Origin: Mobula hypostoma
Taxonomy: Eukaryota
DNA: 64,000 nucleotides
NCBI RefSeq assembly: GCF_963921235.1
Contig: NC_086108.1
Location: 62,560,001 to 62,624,000 of the forward strand
Direction: 5' to 3'
Shown here: in pieces, positions 29,275 to 40,373 of the stretch
Position numbering within the stretch: position 1 is the first letter of the stretch
Layout: every line of letters starts with the position of its first letter
The notes under the pieces: generated by a model
What the model saw: only the letters and a program-made list of their open reading frames with translations
What the model was told of the DNA's origin: nothing
Databases searched by the model: none
Made by a program: the position numbers and the translations under genes

Positions 29275-30377
29275 TTTCTTAGAGCTCATAGCTTCTAATC
29301 CTGGCATCATGCTGGTAAACCTGTTTTGAACCTTTTCCACAACCTCCATATCCTTCCTATAATGGGGTGACTAGAACTGCATCCAAGTGCAGTCTGACTA
29401 AAGTTTTATAAAGCTGCCGTATAACTTCATCATTCTTTTACTCAATAACCCTACCAATGAAGGCAAGCATTTTATAAAACTTTTTTACCATCTTATCTAT
29501 TGGCATAGCCACTTTCAGGGAACTATGGACCTGAACCCCCAAGATCTCACTGTATCACAATGCTATTCAGGGCCTACAATTAACTGTATACTTTCTCCTT
29601 CCATCTAACCTCCCAAAGTGCAACAGCTCACACTTACCAACATTAAGCTCCATCTGCAACTTCTCTGCCCATATCCATGACTGAATTACACTGCCCATAT
29701 CCCAGTGTATTCTTTGATAGCCCTTCATAATGTCCACATCTCCAGCAAGCTTGGTATCATTCACAAACTTGCTAATCCACCCATCTACATTTTCATCCAA
29801 ATCATTGATATATAGCATGAGCACAGAGGTCCCACCACCTGACCTGTGGAACACCATTGGTCATGAAATTCCAGCCATAATAATAGCTTTCCACCCCTAC
29901 TCTCTGTCTTTTATGGGCAAGTCAATTTTGAGTCCAAACTTTCCATTTACCCTAGGTCCTATGCATATTTATCTTATGAATCAACCTACTGTGAGAGATC
30001 TTGTCTAATGCTTTACTAAGGTCCATGTTGGTAACATCTACTGCCTTCTGCCATCAAGAACGTTTGTCACCATCTCAGAAACATCAATCAAGTTTGTAAG
30101 ACATGACTTGCCCGCACAAAGCCATGCCAATTATTCCTAAGCAGGCAATGGCTTTCCAAATATTCACAAATCCTATGCCTGAGTATCCTCGCCAAGAGCT
30201 TTCTTTAAACTGATGGCCAATGGCCTGTAATAACCTGGATTATCCCCATTTCCCTTCTCGAACAAAAGCACAACATTTGCTACTCACCAGTCCTCCTCGA
30301 CCTTCCCTGTTGATAGTGAGGATACAAAATTCCCAGCCATCTCCTCATTTGCATTTTGAATATTCTGGGATATATGC
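29275..30377 (-). mobile_element. CR1 LINE, left part; resumes at 37851-38100 after the LTR element
   Basis: 'YINDLDENVDGWISKFVNDTK...KCELLHFG'; the sequence rejoins across the TATGC TSD. Confidence 0.85.
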
Positions 30378-32475
30378 TGTTGTAACTGTGAACAAAGTCA
30401 CCAGAGAGACACTGAAGCTGGTAATATAGAAGTCTTTACTCATTACAACAAGCAGGCATCATTCTGCAGGCTCTCTAGGCAGAGGCTTACAACGTCCAGC
30501 TCCATCATGGTCTCTACCCTCCCCAGCAGCCAGGGCACCTTCAAAATACATTTCACAAAGGGTTGGCATCCGTCATTAAGGATGCCCATCACCCAGAACA
30601 TGTCCTCTTCTTATTGCTACCATCAAAGCGGAGGTACACAAGCCGGAAGAGACACACTCAATGTTTCAGGAACGGCTTCGTCTCCTCTACCATCTGATTT
30701 ATGAATGAACAATGAACCCATAAACACCACCTAGTTATATTTTCCTTTTTATCTCTTTCTTTTTGTACTACTTATTTAATTTAATTTTCTTTTCTATATA
30801 TACTTACTGTAATTTATAGTTTTTTATGATATATTTCAATGCACTGCTGTCACAAAACAACCAATTTCACAACATATGTTAGTAATATTAAACCTCATTC
30901 TGATTCTTATCAAAATTACATCCCAATTTTTACCCTTAAGATCAATGGTAACAGAAGGTGATTCAATAATCATTTACTTCAATATTTTGGGTTGAAAATG
31001 CTTCCTTTGAATTACATATCTACAGTGAGAGACACCTCCGAATGTTCAGATACCTTGGCTGAGATATCACTGAATTTACACAATGGTGCAAATTCCTTAA
31101 ACCCACAGTTGATGCAGGCCTATTAACACAACCCCATTGTCTTAATGTACAGCTGATGCACATGCAATCTGAGTCTATAGAGCAGCCTCTACTTTTAACT
31201 TTGGTTTACCGCTTGCAATTTACACACAAAGAAAACTGAAGGATAATTGAAAGCTTCCTGACCTTATTTACATTTGCAATAAGAACTAAAGCCTGGTTCT
31301 TGTTTGAATTAATATCTGTTATACTCACATAACTGCAGAATACTCCCTAACATACCCTCGTCTTGGCCCCTGGACAGAAATCTGTCCGAGGAAAGCAAAA
31401 CTTTAAGGAGGATCTAATTAAGTAGGACAGCAAAAATGCCCTCACTTTGGATCCCTTTCCCAATGACTAACATATCATGCGTCTTTGCCTGCCAGAACTC
31501 AGATCCCTTCCCACCCATTTTGTCAATATCTTTCTATCCTGATCCTTTAACAAATTATCTACCTCCCAAAATCAACCTTCATTACAAAATACAGTTAACC
31601 TTATACTTTAACATACTGTTAACTTCTAGCTGAGACACTTTCTCTGTGTTTGCTGCGGTCATGTTCCCATTCCTTTTCATCTGCAGGTCTTTTTCCATCA
31701 AGAGAGGTCAGAAGTGAAACAGCAAGCTGGTATTCATCAGTTTAATTCTCTCTAATGACACTGTTACTGGATAGGATTGATCCCTTGTTCTGTCTGAGGG
31801 TGACAAGAAGAGGAGTCATACAGTTTAAACCTGAGTCTAGTGTTTCTTCCTGCTGCCTCACTAGGTCTACACACAGACACAGATGTCATTTGTCAGAAGC
31901 ACCACCTGTGGTCCTATCCACCTGGGAGTGAACCCTGTCTTTTCAGGCAGCTCTCTTACCATGAATTGGTCACCCGGCTGTAGAGAGCTATCTTCCCTCC
32001 CTCAAGCTTTCTCTGATCAGTAATATGTTGCTGCTGTTTTGCTCGGTCTCTCAGCATGTTAACCTGGCTACAATGGTTCTTCACCCTCCCAAATAAACTT
32101 ACTAAGTTATTGGCCCTAGTAGTTTCTTTCTCTTCTGTTGCTGTCATCTCATGATTCTCTGTTACTCTCTTTGCCCTTTGATCTACACACTCATTCCTTT
32201 ATTTGCTCCTTACTCTCCCCTTTCTGTTGTGTCTTTACTTTGATTGCTGTTAACTCTGCAGGAAGCCACACTGTTTTTAACACTTCTTAACTGAGCCTGG
32301 CCCTACCCTTGGGACTTCCTGACATGATTCATGCACATCATCATGTATCCTGTCCCTGCATGGAGCCTCTGTCTTTCTGTGGGCTGTGTTGTCTGCTCTG
32401 GGGATCAGACATATTCACTGTCTCTGCCTTGCCCATCTTATTTCTTCCTTTCCTGAGTCTATGATAGCATCTGCC

Positions 32476-33640
32476 TTACTTAGTGTGACTATCCCAGGAC
32501 AGAACGCTCATTGTTTGGACAAACCCTAAAATCCACAGGAAGCTATACTCTCTCCATCTTAGTACCTGAGGCTCACTTCTCTCTGCTCTCATTGTTTCAG
32601 CTTCTGCATGGGTCATGGGCAATGATAGATCAGTTATGGATGCTGGCGACCCTGTGTCCACTAACATTTCACATTGCCGGTCCCCTAATAAACCTCTTGT
32701 GTGTATCTGTGGGTGGCCACTACTGGCAATGGAGGCTGCTATCTGCCTTTTGATTGAACTGGATACTGTCCTCACTGGCTCTATAATCTGATAGGTAGTC
32801 AAATTAGACAGGGTGCTGATGAGGTGGGAGATTGCACTTCTGTTGTGGTTTCTGCCTGTTTTGGTGAACAAATCTCACACATTCCTTCTTTTAGATGACA
32901 CTGCATCTGATAGGCCGTAGCTGTAACATATCATCTCCTTTACTGTTCTATGTCCAGGTCAGCAGTTCCTTGCTAGCTGCCATGATCGCGGGCGCACAAA
33001 ACAAATCCTCTGTGATATCACAGCTAATTCCACTATAGTCACTTTATGACTTCTCTCCACCCCCCCTCCCCCCGGTCTATTTCTCCATCCCATGATACTA
33101 TCACTGGGTAGATTGATCCAACTGCTATCCCCAAATCTAAAATACTGGTGTGTTGAGGCTGTACTTCAATATTGTCAGGAAGACTGAAACATCTCCCCTG
33201 GGGTCCAAACCTGAATACTCCTCATATACCTGATTTTTACACTCTGCATAATCCATGGCAATCTCATCAGTTCTCTAAACCACTGACATCATCATTGTCC
33301 AGTTATGCTCACCTCCCCCCAGTCACTGCCTCAATTTCCTCTTAAAGCAATGATATCTCTCCTCGTTACTGTCATTCTTGCTAGTTGCCCATGTACCATC
33401 CCTCACTCCTTGGGCCATGGTTCCACAATTTCCTCAGGCATTTTGCTTTTACTAACACGTGTCTATCTTTTGGGTGCTTCTGATGAATTTCAATCATTTC
33501 CTCAAGCTTACGGCAGAATTCTGAATTCTCACAAGCGCCTTTAAAAGGGGGCAACTCTGACAAAAACACCCTGTTTCTTCCCGGGAGTGAATGGCTTATG
33601 GATGGTGGTCATGAGTCAAGGGGTCATCAGGGTTCTTCAC
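32476..33640 (-). pseudogene. Decayed gag (two degenerate zinc knuckles) and aspartic protease
   Basis: 'FLSELPPFKG...FCRKLEEMIEIHQKHPKD', 'ICFVRPRSWQLARNC', 'ICYSYG', protease 'CEMLVDTGSPASI'; stops and frameshifts present. Confidence 0.7.
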
Positions 33641-33755
33641 CCGCCATTATCTGTCCTCAACGGGTGCAATTCCAACAGATATATTTGGGTATAACGTCCC
33701 CCTCAAATATTTCCACAGTAATTTCCATATCAAGCAAAATATAAGGGGTGGATAA

Positions 33756-36700
33756 GACCATAAGGCTAGAAGATATAGGAGTTGAGTTAGGCCCATAGAC
33801 TCAGCTCTGCCAGTTGATCACGGCAGATCCATCTTTGTCTCAATCCCATTCTCCTGCCTTCTCTCCATAACCTTTCACGCCTGCCTTTCAAAAATCTATA
33901 AACCTCCGCCTTAAGTACATCGAATGACTTGGCCTCCTCTGCCGCAACCAATTCCACAGATTCACTACCTCCTAATCTCCATTCTAAATGGACGTCCCTC
34001 TTTCCTGAGGCTGTGCTCTGGGGTGGTCCTAGATTCTCCCACTATCGAAAGCATCTTCTCCATATCCACTCTATCAAGGTCTTGCAGCGTTCAATAGATT
34101 TCAATGAGATGGCACCTCATTCTTCTAAATTCCAGTGAGTACAGGCCCAGAGTCGTCAAACGCTCCTCATATGATAAGCCTTTCATTCCTGTAATCATTC
34201 TCATAAACCTTCTTTGAACCATTTCCAATGTCAGTACATCCTTGCTTAGAAAAGGGGCCCAAAACTGCTCATAATACTTCAAATGAGACTTCCCCAATAC
34301 TTTATAAAGCCTCAGCATTACATCTTGTTCTAATATTCTGGTCCTCTCAAAATGAATGCTAATACTACATTGGCCTTCCTCACCACAAAGTCAACCTGCA
34401 AGTCAACATTCAGGGAATCCTGCATGAAGACTCCCAAGTCCCCTTGCACTTCAGATTTTTGAATTTTCTCTCCATTTAGAAAATAGTCTATGCTTTTATT
34501 CCTGCAACCTGGGTGCATGCCCATACACTTCCCAACACTGTATTCCATCTGCTAATTCTTTTTCCCATTCTCCTAATCTGTCTAAGTTCTTCTGCAGCCT
34601 CCCTGCTTTCTCAACACTACCTGCCCTTCTACCTACCTCCGTATCATCTACAAGCTTGGCCACAAGGCCATTAATTTGGTCATCCAAGTCACTGACATAC
34701 AACATAAAAAGAAGCAGTCCCTGCAGAACACTGCTAATCACTGACAGCCAATCAGAAAAGGTTCTCTTTATTCCCACTCTTTGGCTCCTGCCAATCGGCT
34801 AATGTTCTGTCCATGTTGGAATCTTTCAAGTCATACCATGGGCTCTTAACTTGTTAAGCAATGTCATGTGCAACACTTTGTCAAAGTTTTTCTGAAAACC
34901 CAAGAACACAACACCCACCAATTCTCTTTTGTCTATCCTGCTTGTTATTTTCTCAAAGAATTCCAACAGATTTGTCAGGCCAGATTTTCATCATAAGGAA
35001 ACCATGCTGACTTGGGCATGTTTTATCATGAGCCTCCAAGTACCCGAAACCTTATCCTTAACAGTCAACTCCAACATCTTCTCAACCACTAACTTCAAAC
35101 GAATTGCCCTTTTATTTGCTTTCTTCTGCTTCCCTCCCTTTCTGAAGAGTGGAGTGACATTTTCAATTTTCTAGTCCTCTGGAACCATGCCTGAATCTAA
35201 CGATTTTTGAAAGCTCATGACTAATAACTCCACAATCTCTTCAGAACTCTGGCGTACAGTCCATCTGGTCCAGGTGACTTAACTACCTTCACACCTTTGA
35301 GCTTCCCAAGCCCCTTTTCCCGAGTAATCACAACTGCACTCAGTCGCTGACACTCTCAAACTTTTGGCATACTACTAGTGTCTTCCACAGTGAAGAGTAA
35401 TGTAAAATATTTATTCAGCTCGTTTGCCCATTACTACCTCCCCAGCATAATTTTCCAGTGGCCCGATATCTACTTTTACCTCTCTTTTACTCTTTATATA
35501 TCTGAAAAAATGTTTGGTATCTTTCCTCTTTGATGTTGGTCAGCTTTCCTTTGTATTCCATATTTTACCTTTTTTATGACTTTTTTAGTTGCCCTCTGTT
35601 GGATTTTGAATGCTTCCCAATACTCTAACTTCCCATTAATTTTTGTTCTATTATATGCCATTGCTTTTGCTTTTATGGTGGATTTGACTTCCCTTGTCAG
35701 CCAAAGTTATGTCATCCTGCCTTTGGAATGCTTCTTCTTTGGGATGTATCTGTCTTGCACCTTCCAAGATGCTCCTAGAAAATCCAACCATTAGTAGCCT
35801 GCATCAGCCCTGCTGGTGTTCCCTTCCAATGAACCTTGGCCAATTCCTTTCTCATGCCTCTGTAATTCGATTTATTCAACTGTAATACTTACTTATACAC
35901 TTGACTTTATTTTCTCTCTTTCTCAGATTGCAGAATGAATGCTATCCTATTTTAATCATTGCTTCCAAAGGGTTCCTTTATCTTAGGCTCCCTAATCAAA
36001 TCCAGTTCATTACACAACACCTAATTGAGAATCGCTGATCCCATAGTGGGCTCAACCACAAGCTGCTCTAAAAAGTCATTTCATAGGCCTTCTACAAATT
36101 CTTTCTCTATAGATTCAAACTCAGCACCAACTTGATTTTCCCAATCTACCTGCACGTTGAAATCCCCCTTGACAATCATAACATTGCATTTTCTATTTCC
36201 CTCTGTAATTTGTAGCCAACATCCTGGCTACTTTTTGGAGGCCTGGATATAACTCCTATCAGGGTCTTTTTACCCTTGCAGTTTCTTAACTCTATCCTCA
36301 ATGGATATACATCATCTGATCCTATGTCACCTCTTTCTAAGGGTCTGATTTCATTTTTTACCTGCAGAGACACACCACCCTTCTGCCTACCTGCCTTTCC
36401 TTTTGATACAATGTATATCCCTTGATGTTAAACCCGAACAGTAATCTACTTTCGGTCAAGACTCAACGATGCCCACAACATCATACCTGCCAATCTGTAA
36501 TTGTGCTACAATATAATCTACCTTATTCCATATACTGGATGCATTCAGATATAACACATTCAGTCCTATATTTGTCACCTTTTACAGTTTTGTCCCCTTG
36601 TTACACTGCAATTCATTCCATAGATTCATCTGTCAAACCATTCTATTCTTACCCTCACTGGAGTGTGGCACAGGCAACAGCGCAAAGGTGACTACCCTGG

Positions 36701-36778
36701 AAGCTCTGCTTTTCAGCTTTCTACCTAGCTCCCTAAATACTCTCTTCAGGACCTTCTCCCTTTTCCTACCTATGTCAC
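33756..36778 (-). mobile_element. CR1 LINE inserted in the leader of the older LTR element
   Basis: Endonuclease 'IELRNCKGKKTLIGVISRPP', RT remnants, tail 'gaccataag...agatatagga'; 7-bp TSD TGGATAA (33749-33755 / 36779-36785). Confidence 0.9.
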
Positions 36779-38109
36779 TGGATAAAAATTAATCTGTACA
36801 TACTTAAAAAACAGAGCGTGTGTATTTTGCAGTTTTCCGCTTCTGAGCCACTGAAATCATGATGCCTGTTTTTTGGCCTTTCATATAAAAGTCTGTTACT
36901 GCAAAGTTTCAAACTTATTCTTACAAACACACAAGCACCCTCACAAACAAATATGCTGCTATAGAGTACCACCGAACATGTACAAACGTATATAAGAACC
37001 CCCCTGTGTCCCGTGCAGTCAGTCTAACCACCTTTTGCAACTCATAGCACTATCTCACAAAGCTACCCAAAAATGGCCGGTCCCTTACACAAACACATGT
37101 ACACTCCCCACATTTTTATATCTACCAGTTCAGCTTGTCGCCATGATCCTATGGTTGTTGACCTGAACAAATTTAGGCATGGGTTCTGTTCTTAAAAATA
37201 CTCACGCCCTTAGACAGTTGAAGTTGCTGGACACACACAGAGGGTCACAAACGTATCTCAGACTCGCTCCAAAATCCTGTAACTGTGAACTACGTCAACA
37301 GAAGACACTGAAATTGGTGACATAGAAGTCTTCATTCATCACAAAAAGCAGGCATCATTCTGGAGGTGCTCTTAGTAGAAGCTCACAAGCTCAAAGAATA
37401 TCACAAATTTTATACTCTCAAGGTCAATGCTAACCGTAGGTGATATAACGCAGTTTCAATAGATACAATAGTACTGCTTATTTCAATACTTTAGGTTGAC
37501 CATGCTTCCTTTGAATTACATACCTACAGTGAAAGACACCTCTGAATGTTCTAATACCTTGGCTGTGACACTTCCCTGAATTCCCTCAATGTGCAAAATC
37601 CTTAAACCCACAGTTGATGCAGGGCGATTAACAAAAGGCCATCATCTTGACGTAAGGCTGATGCTTAAGCAATTCAATCTGCACAGCAGCCTCTGCTTTT
37701 AACTTCAACTTACTACTTGCAATTTACAAAGAACTGAAGACTATTTGCAAGCTTCCTGGCCGTTTTTACATTTACAATAAGAACTGAAGCCTGGTTTTTG
37801 TTTGAATTAGTATCTGCTATATTTACATAGTTCTAGAATGCTCCCTATCATATGCCATCAGGCCCTAGAGACTTAAGCATTTTAATGCTTTTCAGAAGAC
37901 CCAGCACAATCTCCTCCAAATGTCTCAGCATATTACCTACCCCGCCATATCATCTAATTTCTCCTCCTCAATAAATACTAATACAAAGAACTTATTTAGT
38001 ACCTCTGTCTCAAATTTCCTCCTTTATATTTGAATGGACCCACCTACCATGTATTGTTTCTTAATATAAGTTCAAAATGCCTTGGGATTATCCTTGGCCC
38101 TGCTCACTA

Positions 38110-38392
38110 GTAGCATTCTGTAAATGTGTAGTGGAGCGTGTATTCACTGGTCGGATCGCAGCCTGGTATGGAAACACAAACAACTTGTCTGGAAAAGCCT
38201 CACAAAACGCTATATATATGGTGCATTCCCTCCTGGATAAAGCTCTGCCCATCATTAAGAAGATCTACACAGAGTGCTGTCGCAGGAAACCAGCATCGAT
38301 TATCAAGGACTTCCACCATCTAGACCATGCTCTCTTCTCTCTGATGCCATCTGGAAGAAGATACAAGAGCCTCAGTACTCACACCTCCAGGT
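38110..38392 (+). mobile_element. Rex1/Babar-like fragment; left arm of an inverted duplication
   Basis: 'VVERVFTGRIAAWYG...LMPSGRRYKS'. Confidence 0.8.
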
Positions 38393-38427
38393 GTGAGATA
38401 CTGACTCTAAAGCAAGATTTTGTGAGT

Positions 38428-38912
38428 CTTTAAAATACAAACTCAAACGAAACCATACCTTATTACAAATACAAGCCTGATCCAGCTTTAGAGTCAGTGT
38501 CCCACAAATTATGTTACAACTGATCCATTATTGCAGATAGGATAATCTATAATAACCATCCTGATATAAAGGATAAACAAACAAGAGCAGCTTACTTAAT
38601 AGATATCACCATTCCAAATATACAAAACATACAATAATCAATAAGTGCAAAACACCAGCAATAGGATGAATTAAATGAGGAAATTGAAAGACTATGAACA
38701 GGGCGTTGTCCCGTTTGTAATATATACAACTGGCATCATCCCAAAGTCACTACACAATAGGATTAAACAATTAGGCTACACAGCAATATTTATGTATATC
38801 TCCAGAAAGCCACAATACTAAGCGCCACTAGGATAGTCCGAAAGTTCGTAGCAATTAAGAAATGGGTGTGCTTGACTCTGGCTGCACCTCAGGTTTTACC
38901 AGCTTGAGCTGA
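38428..38912 (+). mobile_element. R4/Dong-like RLE retrotransposon 3' end, inverted relative to its body at 44673-48545
   Basis: Translates as 'YKYKPDP...DRIIYNNHPDI...YLIDITIPN' (PD..D restriction-like endonuclease); 3' end 'cctcaggttttaccagcttgagctgag'. Confidence 0.8.
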
Positions 38913-39273
38913 GAATGAATGAATGAATAAGTGAGTAAGTAAGCGATAAATATCGGGAACATGAGATGTAGAGTCCTTGAAAGTGAGTCAATAGGTTGTG
39001 GGAATAGTTCAGTGATAGGGCAAGTGAAGTTAAATGAAGTTTTCCCTTATGATTCAAGAGCCTGATGGTTGAGGGGTAATAACTGGTGCTGAACCTGGAG
39101 GGGTGAGTAATGAGGCTCTTGTATCTTCTTCCAGATGGCATCAGAGAGAAGAGAGCATGGTCTAGATGGTGGGAGTCCTTGATAATCGATGCTGCTTTCC
39201 TGCGACAGCACTCTGTGTAGATGTTCTTAATGATGGGGACAGCTTTATCCAGGAGGGAATGGACCATATATAG
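38913..39273 (-). mobile_element. Rex1/Babar-like 3' fragment (inverted segment)
   Basis: 39093-39273 is a near-identical reverse complement of 38210-38392 and continues into the family 3' UTR. Confidence 0.85.
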
Positions 39274-39364
39274 ATCTCCCAGTGGCCACACATTTTAAAT
39301 CCATATCCCATTCCCATTCTGACATGTCTATCCATGACCTCCTCTACTGTCAAGATGAAGCTAC

Positions 39365-40201
39365 TGTTACGTACCCCGTAACTGGGTTGCCAAACCAGCA
39401 GAAATGGATCACTCAGTTGGAGTCTGGAGTACTAGAACTAAGAAAGTTTTATTAAAGAAACAAGCAACACAGTAATCGAAAGGATAATAAATGCAACAAT
39501 TCAACAATGATAACCACACATGTGCACAGAATTAAGATAACAGCATCAATCAAGCTCTACCGTTGTCTAGGGGTAAATGACCAATTTCAAAATGACTCAA
39601 AGTTCAGTTCGCAGTAATCGTTGCCATGGCGATGGACAAGGTGGGGGAAGAGAGACAGAGAGAACAACTCATCATTCAGCACAGCTTCACTCACAGACCA
39701 GCGAGATTGCTCACGAGCAACTTTTGGACGGGTCCTTGGTGATGTCACCTGAGGTCACCGACTGTGACCCCTCCTCCAGATGCGGTCGATCCTCTGCAGT
39801 GAACCCGGCACCCAGGCAAGGGCGGACACACACCGGGTTCCCGCTGATCGTACCTTTCCACCCTGTGCGTTGTCCGGTACTTCTCACCACTCGTGAGAGG
39901 CGCACCGCTTCCAGGGTCTCGTTACCTCGGGTGGCGTGTGTGTCTGTCTTAGCGAACCTGTCCCTTTTTATCCCCCTGCTGGGGTATCGCCTGTCCATCA
40001 CTTCAAACAGTTCAGGGTTCAAAGGGGGGAGCCGCTCCAGACAGCTCTTCCTCCCACATCCCTTCATTACACATCTCCAGACGCTGCTCCATTGTTCCTT
40101 ATCTCTCCTTCCCCTGAGGGCAGGTGGCAGACCAACTGCTGATGCCACTGATGCTAGCCCAGGCCAGCAAACATCTTAATTTTATGTGTATTCTCGTAAC
40201 A
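39365..40201 (-). repeat. 3' LTR
   Basis: Direct repeat of 43347-44183, preceded on the minus strand by the PPT. Confidence 0.97.
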
Positions 40202-40213
40202 CTTCCCCCCTTT
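40202..40213 (-). promoter_or_regulatory. Polypurine tract
   Basis: Minus strand AAAGGGGGGAAG directly abuts the TG of the 3' LTR. Confidence 0.9.
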
Positions 40214-40373
40214 AAGGATTTTTACCGGGAGGTAAAAATTACAAACATGACTACATTATCTGATACATACACAATATACATCTTTAACAGTTATTTAGCT
40301 AATACAGAGAATTTGAAGCTGTCAACACCTTGACAGACAGTCATCACATTTTCTGTTCCTTTTACACGTGTTA

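Larger units (their letters stand above)
30378..37850 (-). mobile_element. Older LTR retroelement (ERV/Gypsy-like) with decayed gag-protease and no visible RT or integrase
   Basis: Two homologous LTRs (30378-31352, containing a ~415-bp Rex1 insert, and 37275-37850); 5-bp TSD TATGC (30373-30377 / 37851-37855); PPT-like 'ggggccaagacgagggta' at 31353-31370; TGG-starting candidate PBS near 37271. Confidence 0.85.

Noticed and set aside
39577..40179. 200-aa and 145-aa ORFs repeated at 43559-44161 and partly at 7476-8041
   Set aside because: They lie within the LTRs, have no recognisable domain, and the frame is broken in the solo LTR copy
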